In this document: piece by piece, positions 38,481 to 48,795 of the stretch
Layout of the letters: each line of letters starts with the position of its first letter
Numbering within the stretch: the first letter of the stretch is position 1
Assembly (NCBI GenBank): GCA_944391115.1
Contig: CALXSJ010000018.1
Span: 4,803 to 68,802 of the forward strand
From: an uncultured Victivallales bacterium
Lineage (GTDB): Bacteria; Verrucomicrobiota; Lentisphaeria; Victivallales; UBA1829
Direction of reading: 5' to 3'
Length of the DNA stretch: 64,000 bases
The notes under the pieces: model-generated
The model's database searches: none
What the model was told of the DNA's origin: nothing
What the model saw: only the letters and a program-made list of their open reading frames with translations
Translations under genes and position numbers: made by a program

Positions 38481-40790
38481 TTAAATGTCCCTCAACTCAA
38501 GCACGGTTTCCCTGCCTCCCAGGAAGGCCCGGGCGGAAAGAGCCGTTTTTTCCGCGGAACGGAGAATCGCCGCGCATTTCCCGTGAAAGGCGTTGACATA
38601 AGGAAGATGGAATTCCTTTGTGCCGGTCGGGTCGCCAGCGTCCGCCGCAAGAATGACGGACGGACTCTCAAAGGAGATTCTGTCTCCCGCGTCCGGACAG
38701 ATCACGCCGGAACGGTCCACGACGGAAACGGTGACAAATACAAGTTCACCGCAGCGTTCCGCCTCGCCGACGAGATGATCCGGCTCTCCCGCGGTCCGCA
38801 CCACACTTTCCATCAGGACATTTCCGTTCCGGTCCAGAGCCTTCGCCCGGAGTTCCCCGGGTTCATAACGCACGCTCTTCCAGACAAGGCGGTAGCGTCC
38901 GAGAAGTTTTTTCGGACTTTTCGCGCGCACGCCCTGCGAAACGCCGTTGACAAACAGTTCCACCCGGTCAAAGCTCGTATAACACTGAACCGGGAGAATG
39001 TTCCCTTCCCGTCCCGGCCAGGTCCAGTGCGGCATCAGATGCAGCACATTCTGGCTTGTCCAGCGGGAACGGTAAAGATACACACGGTCCTTCGGAATGC
39101 CGCAGAGATCGAAAATTCCGTAATAGGAGCTTCTGGAAGGCCATTTATTCTGGTAGGGGGTGGGTTCTCCGAGATAATCGAATCCGGTCCAGACGAACTC
39201 GCCCATGACAAAGGGGTTGTCGTCCTGACCCTTGAATTCATGATCGGGCACCGTCCCCCCCGCCGAACAGCAGAGGTCGAAGCTGTCGACCTGAAGATTG
39301 TCCTTTCTTTCGAGCTCCTCGAAGAACCGGTCGGAATATTCCCCGCGGCTGCTGAGCGTCGAAGCGCTTTCCGAAGAATAGATCGGAGCATCCGGGAAAT
39401 TATGATGGTAGACGGAATAGATATAGGGTTTGTAGTTGAAGCCTTTCACATCCACATCGTCGAACAGACCGCCGCGGATGCTGTCGTCGCCGTTGTTGAG
39501 TCCGGCCGTCGTCGGACGGGTGGGATCCTCGTCATGGCAGATCGCGCACAGACGCCGGGTCATTTCCGGCCCCTCCGGAACATACTGCTCGTCAATCTCG
39601 TTGCCGATGCTCCACATGATGACGCTCGGATGGTTGGCGTCGCGCCGGATCATATCCCGGAGATCGCGTTCCGACCATTCGTCAAAGTAAAGATTGTAGC
39701 CGTTCGGACATTTCGGGAGCTTCCATTCATCAAACGCCTCGCAGAGCACCAGAAACCCGAGCTCGTCGCACAAATCGAGAAATTCCGGATCCGGCGGATT
39801 GTGAGAAGTCCGGATCGCATTGCATCCGATTCCCTTGAGCTGGAGGAGACGATGACGCGTCGCGTCGCGGTTCACAGCCGTGCCCAGCGGCCCCAGATCG
39901 TGATGCAGACACACGCCCTGGAACTTCAGGGGTGTGCCGTTGATGAGGAAACCGCGAACCGAATCAAACACCGTATCGCGCAGTCCGAACCGGATTTCCC
40001 GTTTTTCCTCCCCGAGTTCCAAAACAAGGCGGTAGAGATGCGGCGTGTCCGGATGCCAGAAAGAGGGATTCTCAATCCGGAAAGCGCTGGAGAAATCCGT
40101 CGTTCCCTCCATGGTTTCGCCGAATACGGGCGATCCGTCCGGCGCGGAAACGGAAATTCTCAGATGCGCCGTTTCCTTTTCCGGGTTGTGAACCCGGACC
40201 GTCACGCGGACACTGCCGCCCTCCGTGCGGACCCGCACCCCCCAGTGTTCGATATGGACACGCCCGGCAGTCACAAGACGGACATGCCGGTAGATGCCGC
40301 CACCCGGATACCAGCGGCTGGCCTGCGGATAATTCTCCGCCTCCACCGCAAGAACATTCTCTCCGGGATGCACAAGTTCCGTGAGATCAACGGCAAACGA
40401 CGAATAACCGTAAGGCCGTCCTCCCGCATATTTCCCGTTGCAGTAGACTTTCGAGTTGGCCATGATGCCGTCGAATTCCACCCGGACATGCCCGGGAAGC
40501 TTCTCCCCCATCAGGAAGCGTTTCCGGTAGAATCCTTTCCCGACATGCGGCAGTCCGCCCGTTCTTCCGGGAAGGGTGTAATGATAGGAACGGTTCCCGG
40601 CGGCATCCAGGACCGTGATCTCCGCATCGTTCTGCGGAGAAAAGGGCCCGCGGATCGCCCAGTCATGCGGCACATCAACGCTCTCCCATGCGGAGTCGTC
40701 GAAATCCGGCTGTTCAAATCCTTCAGTGATGCTTCGCGTAAAACGCCAGTCCCGTTCCAGATTGTTGTCCATGAGAATCTCCTGTTTCAT
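38481..40790 (-). CDS. GH2 beta-galactosidase-like glycosidase
   Basis: VPHDW, SRWYPGGGIYR, GVCLHHDLG, AIRTSHNP, WSIGNE, FVWTGFDYLGEP. An alternative start at 40772 has an AGGAG RBS. Confidence 0.9.
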   Translation of the reverse strand: MKQEILMDNNLERDWRFTRSITEGFEQPDFDDSAWESVDVPHDWAIRGPFSPQNDAEITVLDAAGNRSYHYTLPGRTGGLPHVGKGFYRKRFLMGEKLPGHVRVEFDGIMANSKVYCNGKYAGGRPYGYSSFAVDLTELVHPGENVLAVEAENYPQASRWYPGGGIYRHVRLVTAGRVHIEHWGVRVRTEGGSVRVTVRVHNPEKETAHLRISVSAPDGSPVFGETMEGTTDFSSAFRIENPSFWHPDTPHLYRLVLELGEEKREIRFGLRDTVFDSVRGFLINGTPLKFQGVCLHHDLGPLGTAVNRDATRHRLLQLKGIGCNAIRTSHNPPDPEFLDLCDELGFLVLCEAFDEWKLPKCPNGYNLYFDEWSERDLRDMIRRDANHPSVIMWSIGNEIDEQYVPEGPEMTRRLCAICHDEDPTRPTTAGLNNGDDSIRGGLFDDVDVKGFNYKPYIYSVYHHNFPDAPIYSSESASTLSSRGEYSDRFFEELERKDNLQVDSFDLCCSAGGTVPDHEFKGQDDNPFVMGEFVWTGFDYLGEPTPYQNKWPSRSSYYGIFDLCGIPKDRVYLYRSRWTSQNVLHLMPHWTWPGREGNILPVQCYTSFDRVELFVNGVSQGVRAKSPKKLLGRYRLVWKSVRYEPGELRAKALDRNGNVLMESVVRTAGEPDHLVGEAERCGELVFVTVSVVDRSGVICPDAGDRISFESPSVILAADAGDPTGTKEFHLPYVNAFHGKCAAILRSAEKTALSARAFLGGRETVLELRDI

Positions 40791-40974
40791 GAAAATTGTT
40801 CTTCTGTCCGCTCGCCCGGTCTCCGGAATTCCGAATTTCCGGTCCGCGCCCTTACAGTATGATTTTTTGGAGAAATAGCAAGTCTCCATTGCAAAAATCA
40901 TCCTATTTTCCCATACTGAAAAGAGGGCTCCCGTCCCTTCGGAAAAGACTCCGCGCGAGCACGAAGCAAGACTT

Positions 40975-42189
40975 CTATTCCCCCTGAATGGCCGATTTCA
41001 TATCCGCGGGAATCATCTCGTCGATTGTCACGAAACGGCTCTGCTCGGCGGACGAGCGCATCGCCGCGAATCCAAGCGCCTCCGCGGTAAACGCCTGCTC
41101 GACGGTGGTGAACGGCGCGGACGCCTTTCCGCACATCAGATCCAGGAAGTGACGCGCGACATAAGGTCCTCCGTTGTAATGGATCTTGTTGAAGTATTCA
41201 AACGTGGAGGTTTCCACCGTGCCTTTGCCGTCGAACGGGAAGAACTTGACCTCCCCGAGGTAGCGCTCCTCCTTCGCGAGCGTGATGTAAAGCGCTCCTT
41301 TCGTGCCGACGATCTCATACAACCGGGTATGGCCGGGCATATCGCAGAAATAGGTATGGCTGTAAGTGCCGAACACGCCGCCGGACATCCGGATCAGGCA
41401 GGCTTCGTTGTCCGGCACATCCACTTCCTTGGCAAACACACAGAGCTTGTTGAGAATGCTCACGTCCCGGATCCCCGCGGAGCTGATGCGCCCGAGATTC
41501 GCATGCGGGCATTCCTGGGCGTCCGGGCAGTCAAGGCAGGTCAGGTCGTCCGGCTTCGTTCCGCCGACCACATGCTGGGCGGAAAGCATCGACACAGCAA
41601 GCGGCTTCGCCCCGGTCAGATAGAGCATCACGTCAAGATCGTGCGTCGCCTTTTCGATCATGTGTCCCCCGCCTCCGCGCTGCGTCCTGCGGAAGGTGTG
41701 GAACATGCCGATTCCCGTCCGCTGGGAGAATTCGAAGGAACAGATCCTGCCGAGCTTTCCCTGTTCGATCAGTTCGCGCGCCTTCCGGATCACCGGCGCG
41801 TAACGCATGACATGATCCACGACGATCGGAGCGGGATATTTCCGTGCGAAACGGACGATCTCCGCGATTTTCTCCAGAGAAGTGTCAAGCGGTTTTTCAA
41901 TCAGAACCGGAATCGAGGCGCCCTCCATCTTGCGCAGATTCTCCAGATGCGTGAAGTTGGGAGAGGCGATGATCACGCCGTCGGGCGACGCCTTGCTCAG
42001 AAGCTCCTCCACCGTCGCAAAGCGCGGAATTCCTTCCATGCCGTTCCATTCACATCCGCGCCGGTACATGAGATCATCCGGTTCCACGACGCCGCAGACT
42101 TCAATTCCGCCGTGCGTCGCCTCGTAAAATTCGAGTCCGTGACGTTTCCCCATTTCGCCGAAACCGATGATGCCGATCCTTTTTTTCAT
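40975..42189 (-). CDS. Gfo/Idh/MocA family oxidoreductase
   Basis: IGIIGFGEMG, IASPNFTH, EKP, KATHDLD. Confidence 0.9.
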   Translation of the reverse strand: MKKRIGIIGFGEMGKRHGLEFYEATHGGIEVCGVVEPDDLMYRRGCEWNGMEGIPRFATVEELLSKASPDGVIIASPNFTHLENLRKMEGASIPVLIEKPLDTSLEKIAEIVRFARKYPAPIVVDHVMRYAPVIRKARELIEQGKLGRICSFEFSQRTGIGMFHTFRRTQRGGGGHMIEKATHDLDVMLYLTGAKPLAVSMLSAQHVVGGTKPDDLTCLDCPDAQECPHANLGRISSAGIRDVSILNKLCVFAKEVDVPDNEACLIRMSGGVFGTYSHTYFCDMPGHTRLYEIVGTKGALYITLAKEERYLGEVKFFPFDGKGTVETSTFEYFNKIHYNGGPYVARHFLDLMCGKASAPFTTVEQAFTAEALGFAAMRSSAEQSRFVTIDEMIPADMKSAIQGE

Positions 42190-42363
42190 TTGTGCAGCAC
42201 TCCTTTGCAAATTCGTTCCGCATTATAATTATATTAGAGAATCTCACCTTTGGCAATTGCCTTTTTTTGCATTATCGGGAAAATATATTGCAGGAAAAGG
42301 CCATCCCGCTTGAAAAAGTTCTTTCTCCGCGCTATGATATCCGGAAAACACAGGAGGACCAGA

Positions 42364-43287
42364 ATGGCGGAAAGGCGTCCGGGCGGCGAGTTCCGGAAAC
42401 AGTGCAACATTTCGAAATCCTATCATGAGGAGTTCCTGATCTGCCGGAACCGCGTCGATCAGTTCCAGGGCAACGCCATCTATCTGAACGCCTACGGGGA
42501 ATCCCGGATCGCGCCCGGCGGCGTGACCAGAATGACCTGCCAGGGAAAAAGTTTTTTCTCGCAGTGGTGCATTGAACTGATTGAGGAAGGCAGCGGCGAA
42601 TTCATCAGCCGCTCCCTGAGAGAGCCGCTGCAACCGGGCTCGCTCTGCATCATACGGTCCGACATGATGGCGGAAATTCATGCGGCGCCGGACACTCCGC
42701 TGTTCAAACGGGTGCTCATGGTGGAAAAATCCTCTCTCGTCTCCCTGCTCTGCATGCATGATTTCAGCAGGGAAAATGAAGTGCTCCGCCTGACGGAGCC
42801 GAAACGCATCGAGAACATCTATGATGAAATCAAGCGGATCTGCTGCGAAGGAGGCGGCGACCTGCAGATGCGCCTGTCGGTTCTGGTGTACCGGTTTTTT
42901 CTTGAAATCAGCCGCCAGCGGCATCCCTGGAACCGGAAACGCACGCTTCAGTCGCTCCTGCGCCGGATCCTTTCCAATCCCGCGGAAGATTACTCCAGGG
43001 AAAACATGGCGCGGATGCTCGGCGTGAACATCCGGACGCTGACCCGGCGCTTTTCGGATGCGGTGGGCTGCTCTCCGACGAACTTTGTCATTCAGGCCCG
43101 CATGCGGAGCGCCTGCGAACTCCTGGAGTCCGGCGCCCTGCCCGTTCACATGGTCGCGGAAGCCTGCGGCTATCAGAGCACCGCTTTTTTTTCCCGGGAA
43201 TTCCGGAAATATTCCGGCATGACGCCGCGGGAATACAGGGAAAAGCAGGGAGCATCCAGGACGGACCTTCATGAGGAAAAACCGTAA
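42364..43287 (+). CDS. AraC family transcriptional regulator
   Basis: VAEACGYQSTAFFSREFRKYSGMTP; GGAGGA RBS; upstream TTGAAA-17-TATGAT. Confidence 0.9.
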   Translation: MAERRPGGEFRKQCNISKSYHEEFLICRNRVDQFQGNAIYLNAYGESRIAPGGVTRMTCQGKSFFSQWCIELIEEGSGEFISRSLREPLQPGSLCIIRSDMMAEIHAAPDTPLFKRVLMVEKSSLVSLLCMHDFSRENEVLRLTEPKRIENIYDEIKRICCEGGGDLQMRLSVLVYRFFLEISRQRHPWNRKRTLQSLLRRILSNPAEDYSRENMARMLGVNIRTLTRRFSDAVGCSPTNFVIQARMRSACELLESGALPVHMVAEACGYQSTAFFSREFRKYSGMTPREYREKQGASRTDLHEEKP

Positions 43288-43340
43288 TTGAACCGCCCCG
43301 GGACGCTCCCGTGAAAGGAAAACGCGGCGGCAACCTCTTC

Positions 43341-44390
43341 TCATTCCAGATTCAGGCGGACTCCGGTCAGCGCGGCGGCCCGCTGCAGCTCCCGGACGGA
43401 AGCCTCCGGGAGCGGAACCCCGTTTGCGCGCGCGTCCGCTTCCCGTTCAAACTCCAGTTCGCCGGGATACAGAGTGCGTTCGGCGTCCGGCGCGACCGGA
43501 GAGCGTTTCAGTTCGTCAATCATGGCGTCCACACGGGCGCGGAAACGCTCCGCGCCGCCGAAGAAAGCCGGATTCAGGGCAAGGAAACAGTGTCCGGTGT
43601 CGGCATCCCGCCCGGGAAGCGTATTCCAGGAATGAACGCCGGAAAGCAGTCCGGAAAGTCCGAGGACACCGGTCATCAGCTCCACCATGATTGCGAAACC
43701 GTATCCCTTGTGCTCCGCGAACGGAAGCATGATGCCGCCGTTGTAAATATCCTGCGGATCCTCCGTCGCCTCGCCTTTCGCATTCAGAATCCAGCCGCGC
43801 GGAATTCTGCGCCCCTCCCGCGCCGCGATTTCGATCTTCCCGCTGGCGACCTTGCTCATGCAGACGTCGAACAGAACGGCCCGGTGCCGCGCGCCGGGCG
43901 CCGCATAGGCAAACGGATTGTTCCCGATGACGGAGGCCGCGCCGCCCGGGGCGGCGATCAGCGGAACCGTGTTGCTCATGGAAAACGTGAGAAAACCGGC
44001 CTCGGCGCCGCGCATCGCATAATAACCGGCGGCGCCGTAGTGATCGCTGTGGTTGACCGTCACCACCGTCACCGGCTGTTTCTCCGCGCGTTTCAGAAGA
44101 AGCTCCAGCGCCTTGACGGAAGCCGGAATGCCGAGGCCGCCCGCGGCGCTGACCTGAACCGCGCACGGCGTGTCATTCAAAATCTCAAGATCGGCGGACG
44201 GTCTGATCCCTCCGGCGCGGATACAGTCGATATAACGGGCGCTCCGTACGACACCGTGAGAATGAACTCCCCGCATGTCTGTCGTAACCAGCACTTCGGC
44301 AAGCATTTCCGCATCTTCCGCGGGTACCCCCGCCCGGATGAAAATTTCTCTGCAGGCGTCATGCAGACGCGATACGTTGAAGCGACTCAT
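43341..44390 (-). CDS. Ldh_2 family oxidoreductase (malate/L-lactate/ureidoglycolate dehydrogenase type)
   Basis: DMRGVHSHG, HYGAAGYY, IGNNP, HKGYG, YPGE. Confidence 0.9.
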   Translation of the reverse strand: MSRFNVSRLHDACREIFIRAGVPAEDAEMLAEVLVTTDMRGVHSHGVVRSARYIDCIRAGGIRPSADLEILNDTPCAVQVSAAGGLGIPASVKALELLLKRAEKQPVTVVTVNHSDHYGAAGYYAMRGAEAGFLTFSMSNTVPLIAAPGGAASVIGNNPFAYAAPGARHRAVLFDVCMSKVASGKIEIAAREGRRIPRGWILNAKGEATEDPQDIYNGGIMLPFAEHKGYGFAIMVELMTGVLGLSGLLSGVHSWNTLPGRDADTGHCFLALNPAFFGGAERFRARVDAMIDELKRSPVAPDAERTLYPGELEFEREADARANGVPLPEASVRELQRAAALTGVRLNLE

Positions 44391-44455
44391 TTTTTCTGCT
44401 TTCTCCGTTTTTCCGATATCCTGATGAATCTTATCTCTTTCATTTCCTTTGCTAT

Positions 44456-44531
44456 AAGATAAGAGGCAGGAAAACTTTTGCAACGAATCGGAATATCATA
44501 ATTCTGATAAAAAATTATACTTTTTTGCATC
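44456..44531 (-). promoter_or_regulatory. Sigma70 promoter with an upstream 38-bp putative activator site
   Basis: Minus strand TTGCAA-16-TATCTT; the motif at 44494-44531 sits at the same 10-nt offset from the -35 as at 23286. Confidence 0.6.
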
Positions 44532-44714
44532 ACAATCCGCAGAGGCGGGCCGCAGGTCTCCTGGCGTCCATGCGTTTCTTTTGCGGATCGCAGCCGCATG
44601 GCAGGGCGATATCCCGGAAAATATCCCGGATGGCAGTTTTTTTCTCTTGAATCTGGGCGCAGACCGGATATTTTACCTTTTGAAAAAACCGCGGACACCG
44701 GAGAGACATCGGAG

Positions 44715-45071
44715 ATGAAAAGAAAAATATTGATCGCGGCAGCCGTCATTACCGCCGCGGCCGCCATTCTTGCGGTAAAACGCTTTCTCGTTGTTTCTGA
44801 CCAGGAGAGGAAAGTCTACGGACAGCCCGAAGCGGCGGTTTCCTCCGCGGAACTGGAAAATGCCGACCTCGTCCGAATCGCGACTCGCGGACTCCGCGAC
44901 CGCGGAATTGAAACGAAATGCGTCATGGTGAAGCTGGACGGTGCTTTCCCGGACGGCTCGCGCAAAGTCATCCTGGTATTGAAGAACGGGCGCGAAATGA
45001 AAGGCCGTCTTTACAGGGAACGAAACCGTCTGAAGATTGCCGCGGATGTCATCAGCATGTTTGAACAATAA
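44715..45071 (+). CDS. Small exported or membrane-anchored hypothetical protein
   Basis: MKRKILIAAAVITAAAAIL N-terminal hydrophobic segment; first gene of a co-oriented run. Confidence 0.6.
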   Translation: MKRKILIAAAVITAAAAILAVKRFLVVSDQERKVYGQPEAAVSSAELENADLVRIATRGLRDRGIETKCVMVKLDGAFPDGSRKVILVLKNGREMKGRLYRERNRLKIAADVISMFEQ

Positions 45072-45088
45072 GCACAGGAGGCAGAAAA

Positions 45089-45958
45089 ATGCGTTCGGCG
45101 ATGAAACGAAGGATGTATGCCATGTTCGCCGCGTTCTGCGCGCTCGTCTTCGCAGGAGCGGAGGCCGCGGGAACACGGGAGACGGAAAAGAAAAAGGCGG
45201 AACCGCCCGCCATGAAAATCGCGGTGCTGGATTTCACCTGCATCGACCTGACCGGTCAGAAGCTGCGCCTTGTCAGGAACCGCCCCGTCAACACGGATTA
45301 CAGGGGAATTCTCAGCAGCGCGGACCGTCAGAGCATCGACGACAGGATGCAGGGATTCGTACGGATGCTGGATGCAAGATTCGCCGGAACCGCCGCAATG
45401 GCCGGCATTCGGCGGGATCTGCGGGAAAGCGAACGCGACCGGGCGGAACGCGAGGCGCTGGCGAAGAAAATATTGAATTCGAAACAGCGCCCTCTCGTCA
45501 TCGGAGCCGAATATATGACCGCCTCTCTCGGAGAATATCCGGAAATCTTTTCCCTGGCAAACCGGGAGGGGATTGAATCCGCGCTGAAATCTCTCGACTT
45601 CGGGCGCGCCCAGACCGCGGAGGATGCGGACCGGAGAATCCGGGAATTCATGGAAAAAAGCGGCGCCACCCACATTTTGACAGGAACTGTCGCCGACCTG
45701 AAAACCGAACATAAGAAATTCTCCGGCTACGGCGTCAGGACCGACAGGGTTGTTTATTCTCTGGATGTGCTGGTGAAACTCATCGACCTGAAAACCAGTC
45801 AGATCGCGTTTTCCGGCGTTTTCACCGGAGAACTATCGCAAATGAACACGAAATTTGCGCAGACAATCAATGATTCGCTGTTTCAGGATCTGATGAAGGA
45901 CGCCGTCAAACAGGCCGCGGAGACGATGAGCAGACGCTTTGCGGCAGACGGAAAATAA
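45089..45958 (+). CDS. CsgG/HfaB-like envelope protein
   Basis: Signal peptide, KIAVLDF, GATHILTGTV, VKLIDLKTSQI. Confidence 0.6.
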   Translation: MRSAMKRRMYAMFAAFCALVFAGAEAAGTRETEKKKAEPPAMKIAVLDFTCIDLTGQKLRLVRNRPVNTDYRGILSSADRQSIDDRMQGFVRMLDARFAGTAAMAGIRRDLRESERDRAEREALAKKILNSKQRPLVIGAEYMTASLGEYPEIFSLANREGIESALKSLDFGRAQTAEDADRRIREFMEKSGATHILTGTVADLKTEHKKFSGYGVRTDRVVYSLDVLVKLIDLKTSQIAFSGVFTGELSQMNTKFAQTINDSLFQDLMKDAVKQAAETMSRRFAADGK

Positions 45959-45977
45959 ACGGAAAGAGGTGTCGAAT

Positions 45978-47282
45978 ATGTGGAAATCATTCCTGTTTCT
46001 CGGAATCTTCGCCGTCTGCGCCGGACTGGGCGCCGCGCCGAAGGAAAAAATAGCCGTCTCGGCGGACAACCGCGCAAAGCTCTCCGAAGACGAGATGCAG
46101 ACGCTGACCGGCCGGATCGAGGCGAAGCTTAACGGAAAATACAATGTTGTGACACGCTCGGCGCTGGAGGCGATTCTCCAGGAGAATCAGTTCCAGACCG
46201 AATCCGGACTGGTGGACAATCGCGCCACGCTGGCGCGCTTCGGAAAAATTTCCGGCGTGAATCTGCTTCTTCACTGCGCAATCGGAAAACTCGGGAACAC
46301 ATACACGGCATCCTTCCAGCTTGTGAACTGTTCCACCGGCGAGGTCGCGCCGGAAGGGAAAGCCGTTGTCGACGCCGGCAGTTTCCCGCAGCTCGTGGCC
46401 CGCCTGGACATCGCCCTCGGCAAAATGGGGCTCCTGGCAGGGGAACAGAAAAGCGTGACGCCGCGTCTTGCGGTCCTGCCGGTGAAAGTCACGGGAAAGA
46501 ACATCCCGGCGGCGGATGCGGCGGCATTCGGCACAAAGCTGGCGGGCTCGCTCCGGAAAAGCGGCGCTTTCGAGCTTCTGGAACGCGCCGATCTCGACAA
46601 GATTGTCCGGGAATCGAAAATGGTCGATTTCGCTCTCGCCGACAGCGGACAGTATGCGAAAATCGCACAGCTTTCGGTCGCCGATGAGATCCTCGTCCTG
46701 AACCTCAGGAGGCTGGAAAACAACCGGATCGCAAGCGCCACGCAGATCGCCGGGACCAGTTCGCGCATTGTTTCCAGCGTGCAGGCGGATTTCAAGATTC
46801 TGGAGGTGAAGACCGGAAAAGTCACCGCCTCCGGGGATTTCAAGTTCACGATGCGCTCCACGGAAATTCCCGCTTCGGAAAAACGCGACTGGACGGCGGC
46901 GGACTACACCAACGCGCTGCTTGACCGCGCCGTCGCCGCTCTGACCGGCGAAATTCTCGAACAGGTCGATCCCGTGCTTGTCGCCGGAGTGGACGGCGGC
47001 AGAATCTATCTGACGCGCGGTTCCCTCGGCGGCGTAAAGCCGGGAGATGTCTACCAGGTGTATGTCAAAAGCGCAGCAGTTGTCCATCCCGTGACGAAAA
47101 AAGTGATCGGTCAGGCGGAAAAAATGGTCGGCGTCATCCGGGTGACCGGCGTCCAGCCGGAGCTGAGCACAGCGTCGATTGTCAGCGGGAAAGCGGCGGA
47201 TTTCACGGTCGGCGCGTTCTGCCGCAGGCAGGCGGAAACGCCGGAAGCGGCGCCTCCGCCCGCCTATCCGATGGCACAGTAG
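45978..47282 (+). CDS. Tandem CsgG/TolB-N-like protein with a FlgT-like C-terminal domain
   Basis: Two VVTRSALEAILQE / LLERADLDKIVRE repeats; C-terminal GVKPGDVY..HPVTKKVIG. Confidence 0.6.
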   Translation: MWKSFLFLGIFAVCAGLGAAPKEKIAVSADNRAKLSEDEMQTLTGRIEAKLNGKYNVVTRSALEAILQENQFQTESGLVDNRATLARFGKISGVNLLLHCAIGKLGNTYTASFQLVNCSTGEVAPEGKAVVDAGSFPQLVARLDIALGKMGLLAGEQKSVTPRLAVLPVKVTGKNIPAADAAAFGTKLAGSLRKSGAFELLERADLDKIVRESKMVDFALADSGQYAKIAQLSVADEILVLNLRRLENNRIASATQIAGTSSRIVSSVQADFKILEVKTGKVTASGDFKFTMRSTEIPASEKRDWTAADYTNALLDRAVAALTGEILEQVDPVLVAGVDGGRIYLTRGSLGGVKPGDVYQVYVKSAAVVHPVTKKVIGQAEKMVGVIRVTGVQPELSTASIVSGKAADFTVGAFCRRQAETPEAAPPPAYPMAQ

Positions 47283-47295
47283 GGAAAGGGCTGTC

Positions 47296-48780
47296 ATGAA
47301 GCGAATCGCTCCGATGACACGGATTGCCGCATGCTGCTCGGCGGGGGCGGCGCTGCTGTTCGCCTCCGCCTGCACCACGGTCTACACCAGGTCCGATCAG
47401 GAACGTGTCGCGGATCTTTACTATTCCGGCCGTCTGGACGAGGCTGCAAAAGAGACCGCGGCGATGAGCGATGCCGTGCACGGGGAAACAACCGGCAATG
47501 CGCTGCTCTGGCACATGGAGGCGGGAGCGGCAAACATGGACGCCGGAAAATATGACGATTCCCTGCGCTTTCTGCGCCGCGCTGAAAAACTGCTCTATCT
47601 GCACGATTCGCAGGGGAAACTGCGTCTGCATGCGCCGGGGAAAGCTGCATACAGCGGCTTCCGGAGCGACCGGATTCTTCTGGGAATGTTCAAGTTCTTC
47701 GACTATCTCGCGGCAGACAACTTCGAGGACGCGCTTGTGGAAATCCGGCGCATGCGCCAGAGCCAGTATCGTTTCCTCCTGAAGGATGCGGACAAAAACA
47801 TGCTCGAATACAACCGGAAAAATGCCGGACGGGATGTGCCGCCCTACCGGATGAAAACCGGAATTTTCGACGACAAGACCTGCAATTCCGCATTCGGGCT
47901 CGTCAAGGTGCTCCCGGATTATCAGGAATACAACAAGCTGCGCCGGCCGGTTTACAGCGCCATGTTCCACTCCCTCGCCTTTTATCTTTCGGCGGTCGCC
48001 TACTGCTGGGACAACGACTGGGACGAGGCTGCTGTGGATCTGAAATATCTCTATGCCATGCAGCCGGAAAATGAACTGATCCGCCGGGATTACGCGACGG
48101 TTCTGAAGCTTATTGACGAGCCGCTGCCGGACGGATTGAAGAAGGCCGCGCCATGGAATTATTCTCTCTGCGACAATATTGTCCTCGTCATCGCGGCAGA
48201 CGGGCGCGCCCCGGGCTGGACCGCCCGTTCGGTCTCCTTTCAGATCCCCGGCATGGTTCCGGCGCAATGGCGGTTTCCGATTCTCGAAAAACTGCAGAAC
48301 CCGCCAGCAAACACGATTGCGGTGTCGGCGGATGGCAGAACCGTCCCGCTCTCGCCTCTGGCGGACCTTTACGAAATTTTCAATGACGAGTACTGGCAGA
48401 TGACCATGCCCGACATGCTCCGGAACGCCGTCGGCGCCATCCGTGCCCAGACGCAGGCGCATACGGCGGCGAAAGCCTCGCTTGCCACGGCGCTCGCGGC
48501 ACCCGATTCCGCGGCGAAGCCGCTTGCCGTGGCGGCGGCCGCCGCTGCTGTTGCAGCCACAAAAAGCATCTCCATGGACGATTCCGACTGGCGGCGCTGG
48601 GCGACGGTCCCGCGGCGTTTTCTTGCGGCGCATTTTCCAATCCCGAAGGACCGGACGGTCAAGCTCTCCTTCGGGCAGGCGAAGACGGTGACGCTCAGGC
48701 CGGAAACGCACCGAGCGGTCATCTATCTGCGGAACCTGAACGGCAGCTGTGTTCCGCATGTCTGGGAATCCAGCGATTAA
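47296..48780 (+). CDS. COG3014-like lipoprotein
   Basis: Lipobox FASAC, TPR-like N-terminus, ALVEIRR, DWRRWATVP; adjacent to an LpoB-like gene. Confidence 0.65.
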   Translation: MKRIAPMTRIAACCSAGAALLFASACTTVYTRSDQERVADLYYSGRLDEAAKETAAMSDAVHGETTGNALLWHMEAGAANMDAGKYDDSLRFLRRAEKLLYLHDSQGKLRLHAPGKAAYSGFRSDRILLGMFKFFDYLAADNFEDALVEIRRMRQSQYRFLLKDADKNMLEYNRKNAGRDVPPYRMKTGIFDDKTCNSAFGLVKVLPDYQEYNKLRRPVYSAMFHSLAFYLSAVAYCWDNDWDEAAVDLKYLYAMQPENELIRRDYATVLKLIDEPLPDGLKKAAPWNYSLCDNIVLVIAADGRAPGWTARSVSFQIPGMVPAQWRFPILEKLQNPPANTIAVSADGRTVPLSPLADLYEIFNDEYWQMTMPDMLRNAVGAIRAQTQAHTAAKASLATALAAPDSAAKPLAVAAAAAAVAATKSISMDDSDWRRWATVPRRFLAAHFPIPKDRTVKLSFGQAKTVTLRPETHRAVIYLRNLNGSCVPHVWESSD

Positions 48781-48795
48781 AGGAGAATTTTTCTT

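Noticed and set aside
24939-40862. Very long plus-strand ORFs (1005, 1074, 898, 689, 796 aa) and similar antisense ORFs elsewhere
   Set aside because: They mirror motif-bearing genes on the opposite strand and have no recognisable motifs; such shadow ORFs are expected in GC-rich coding DNA.
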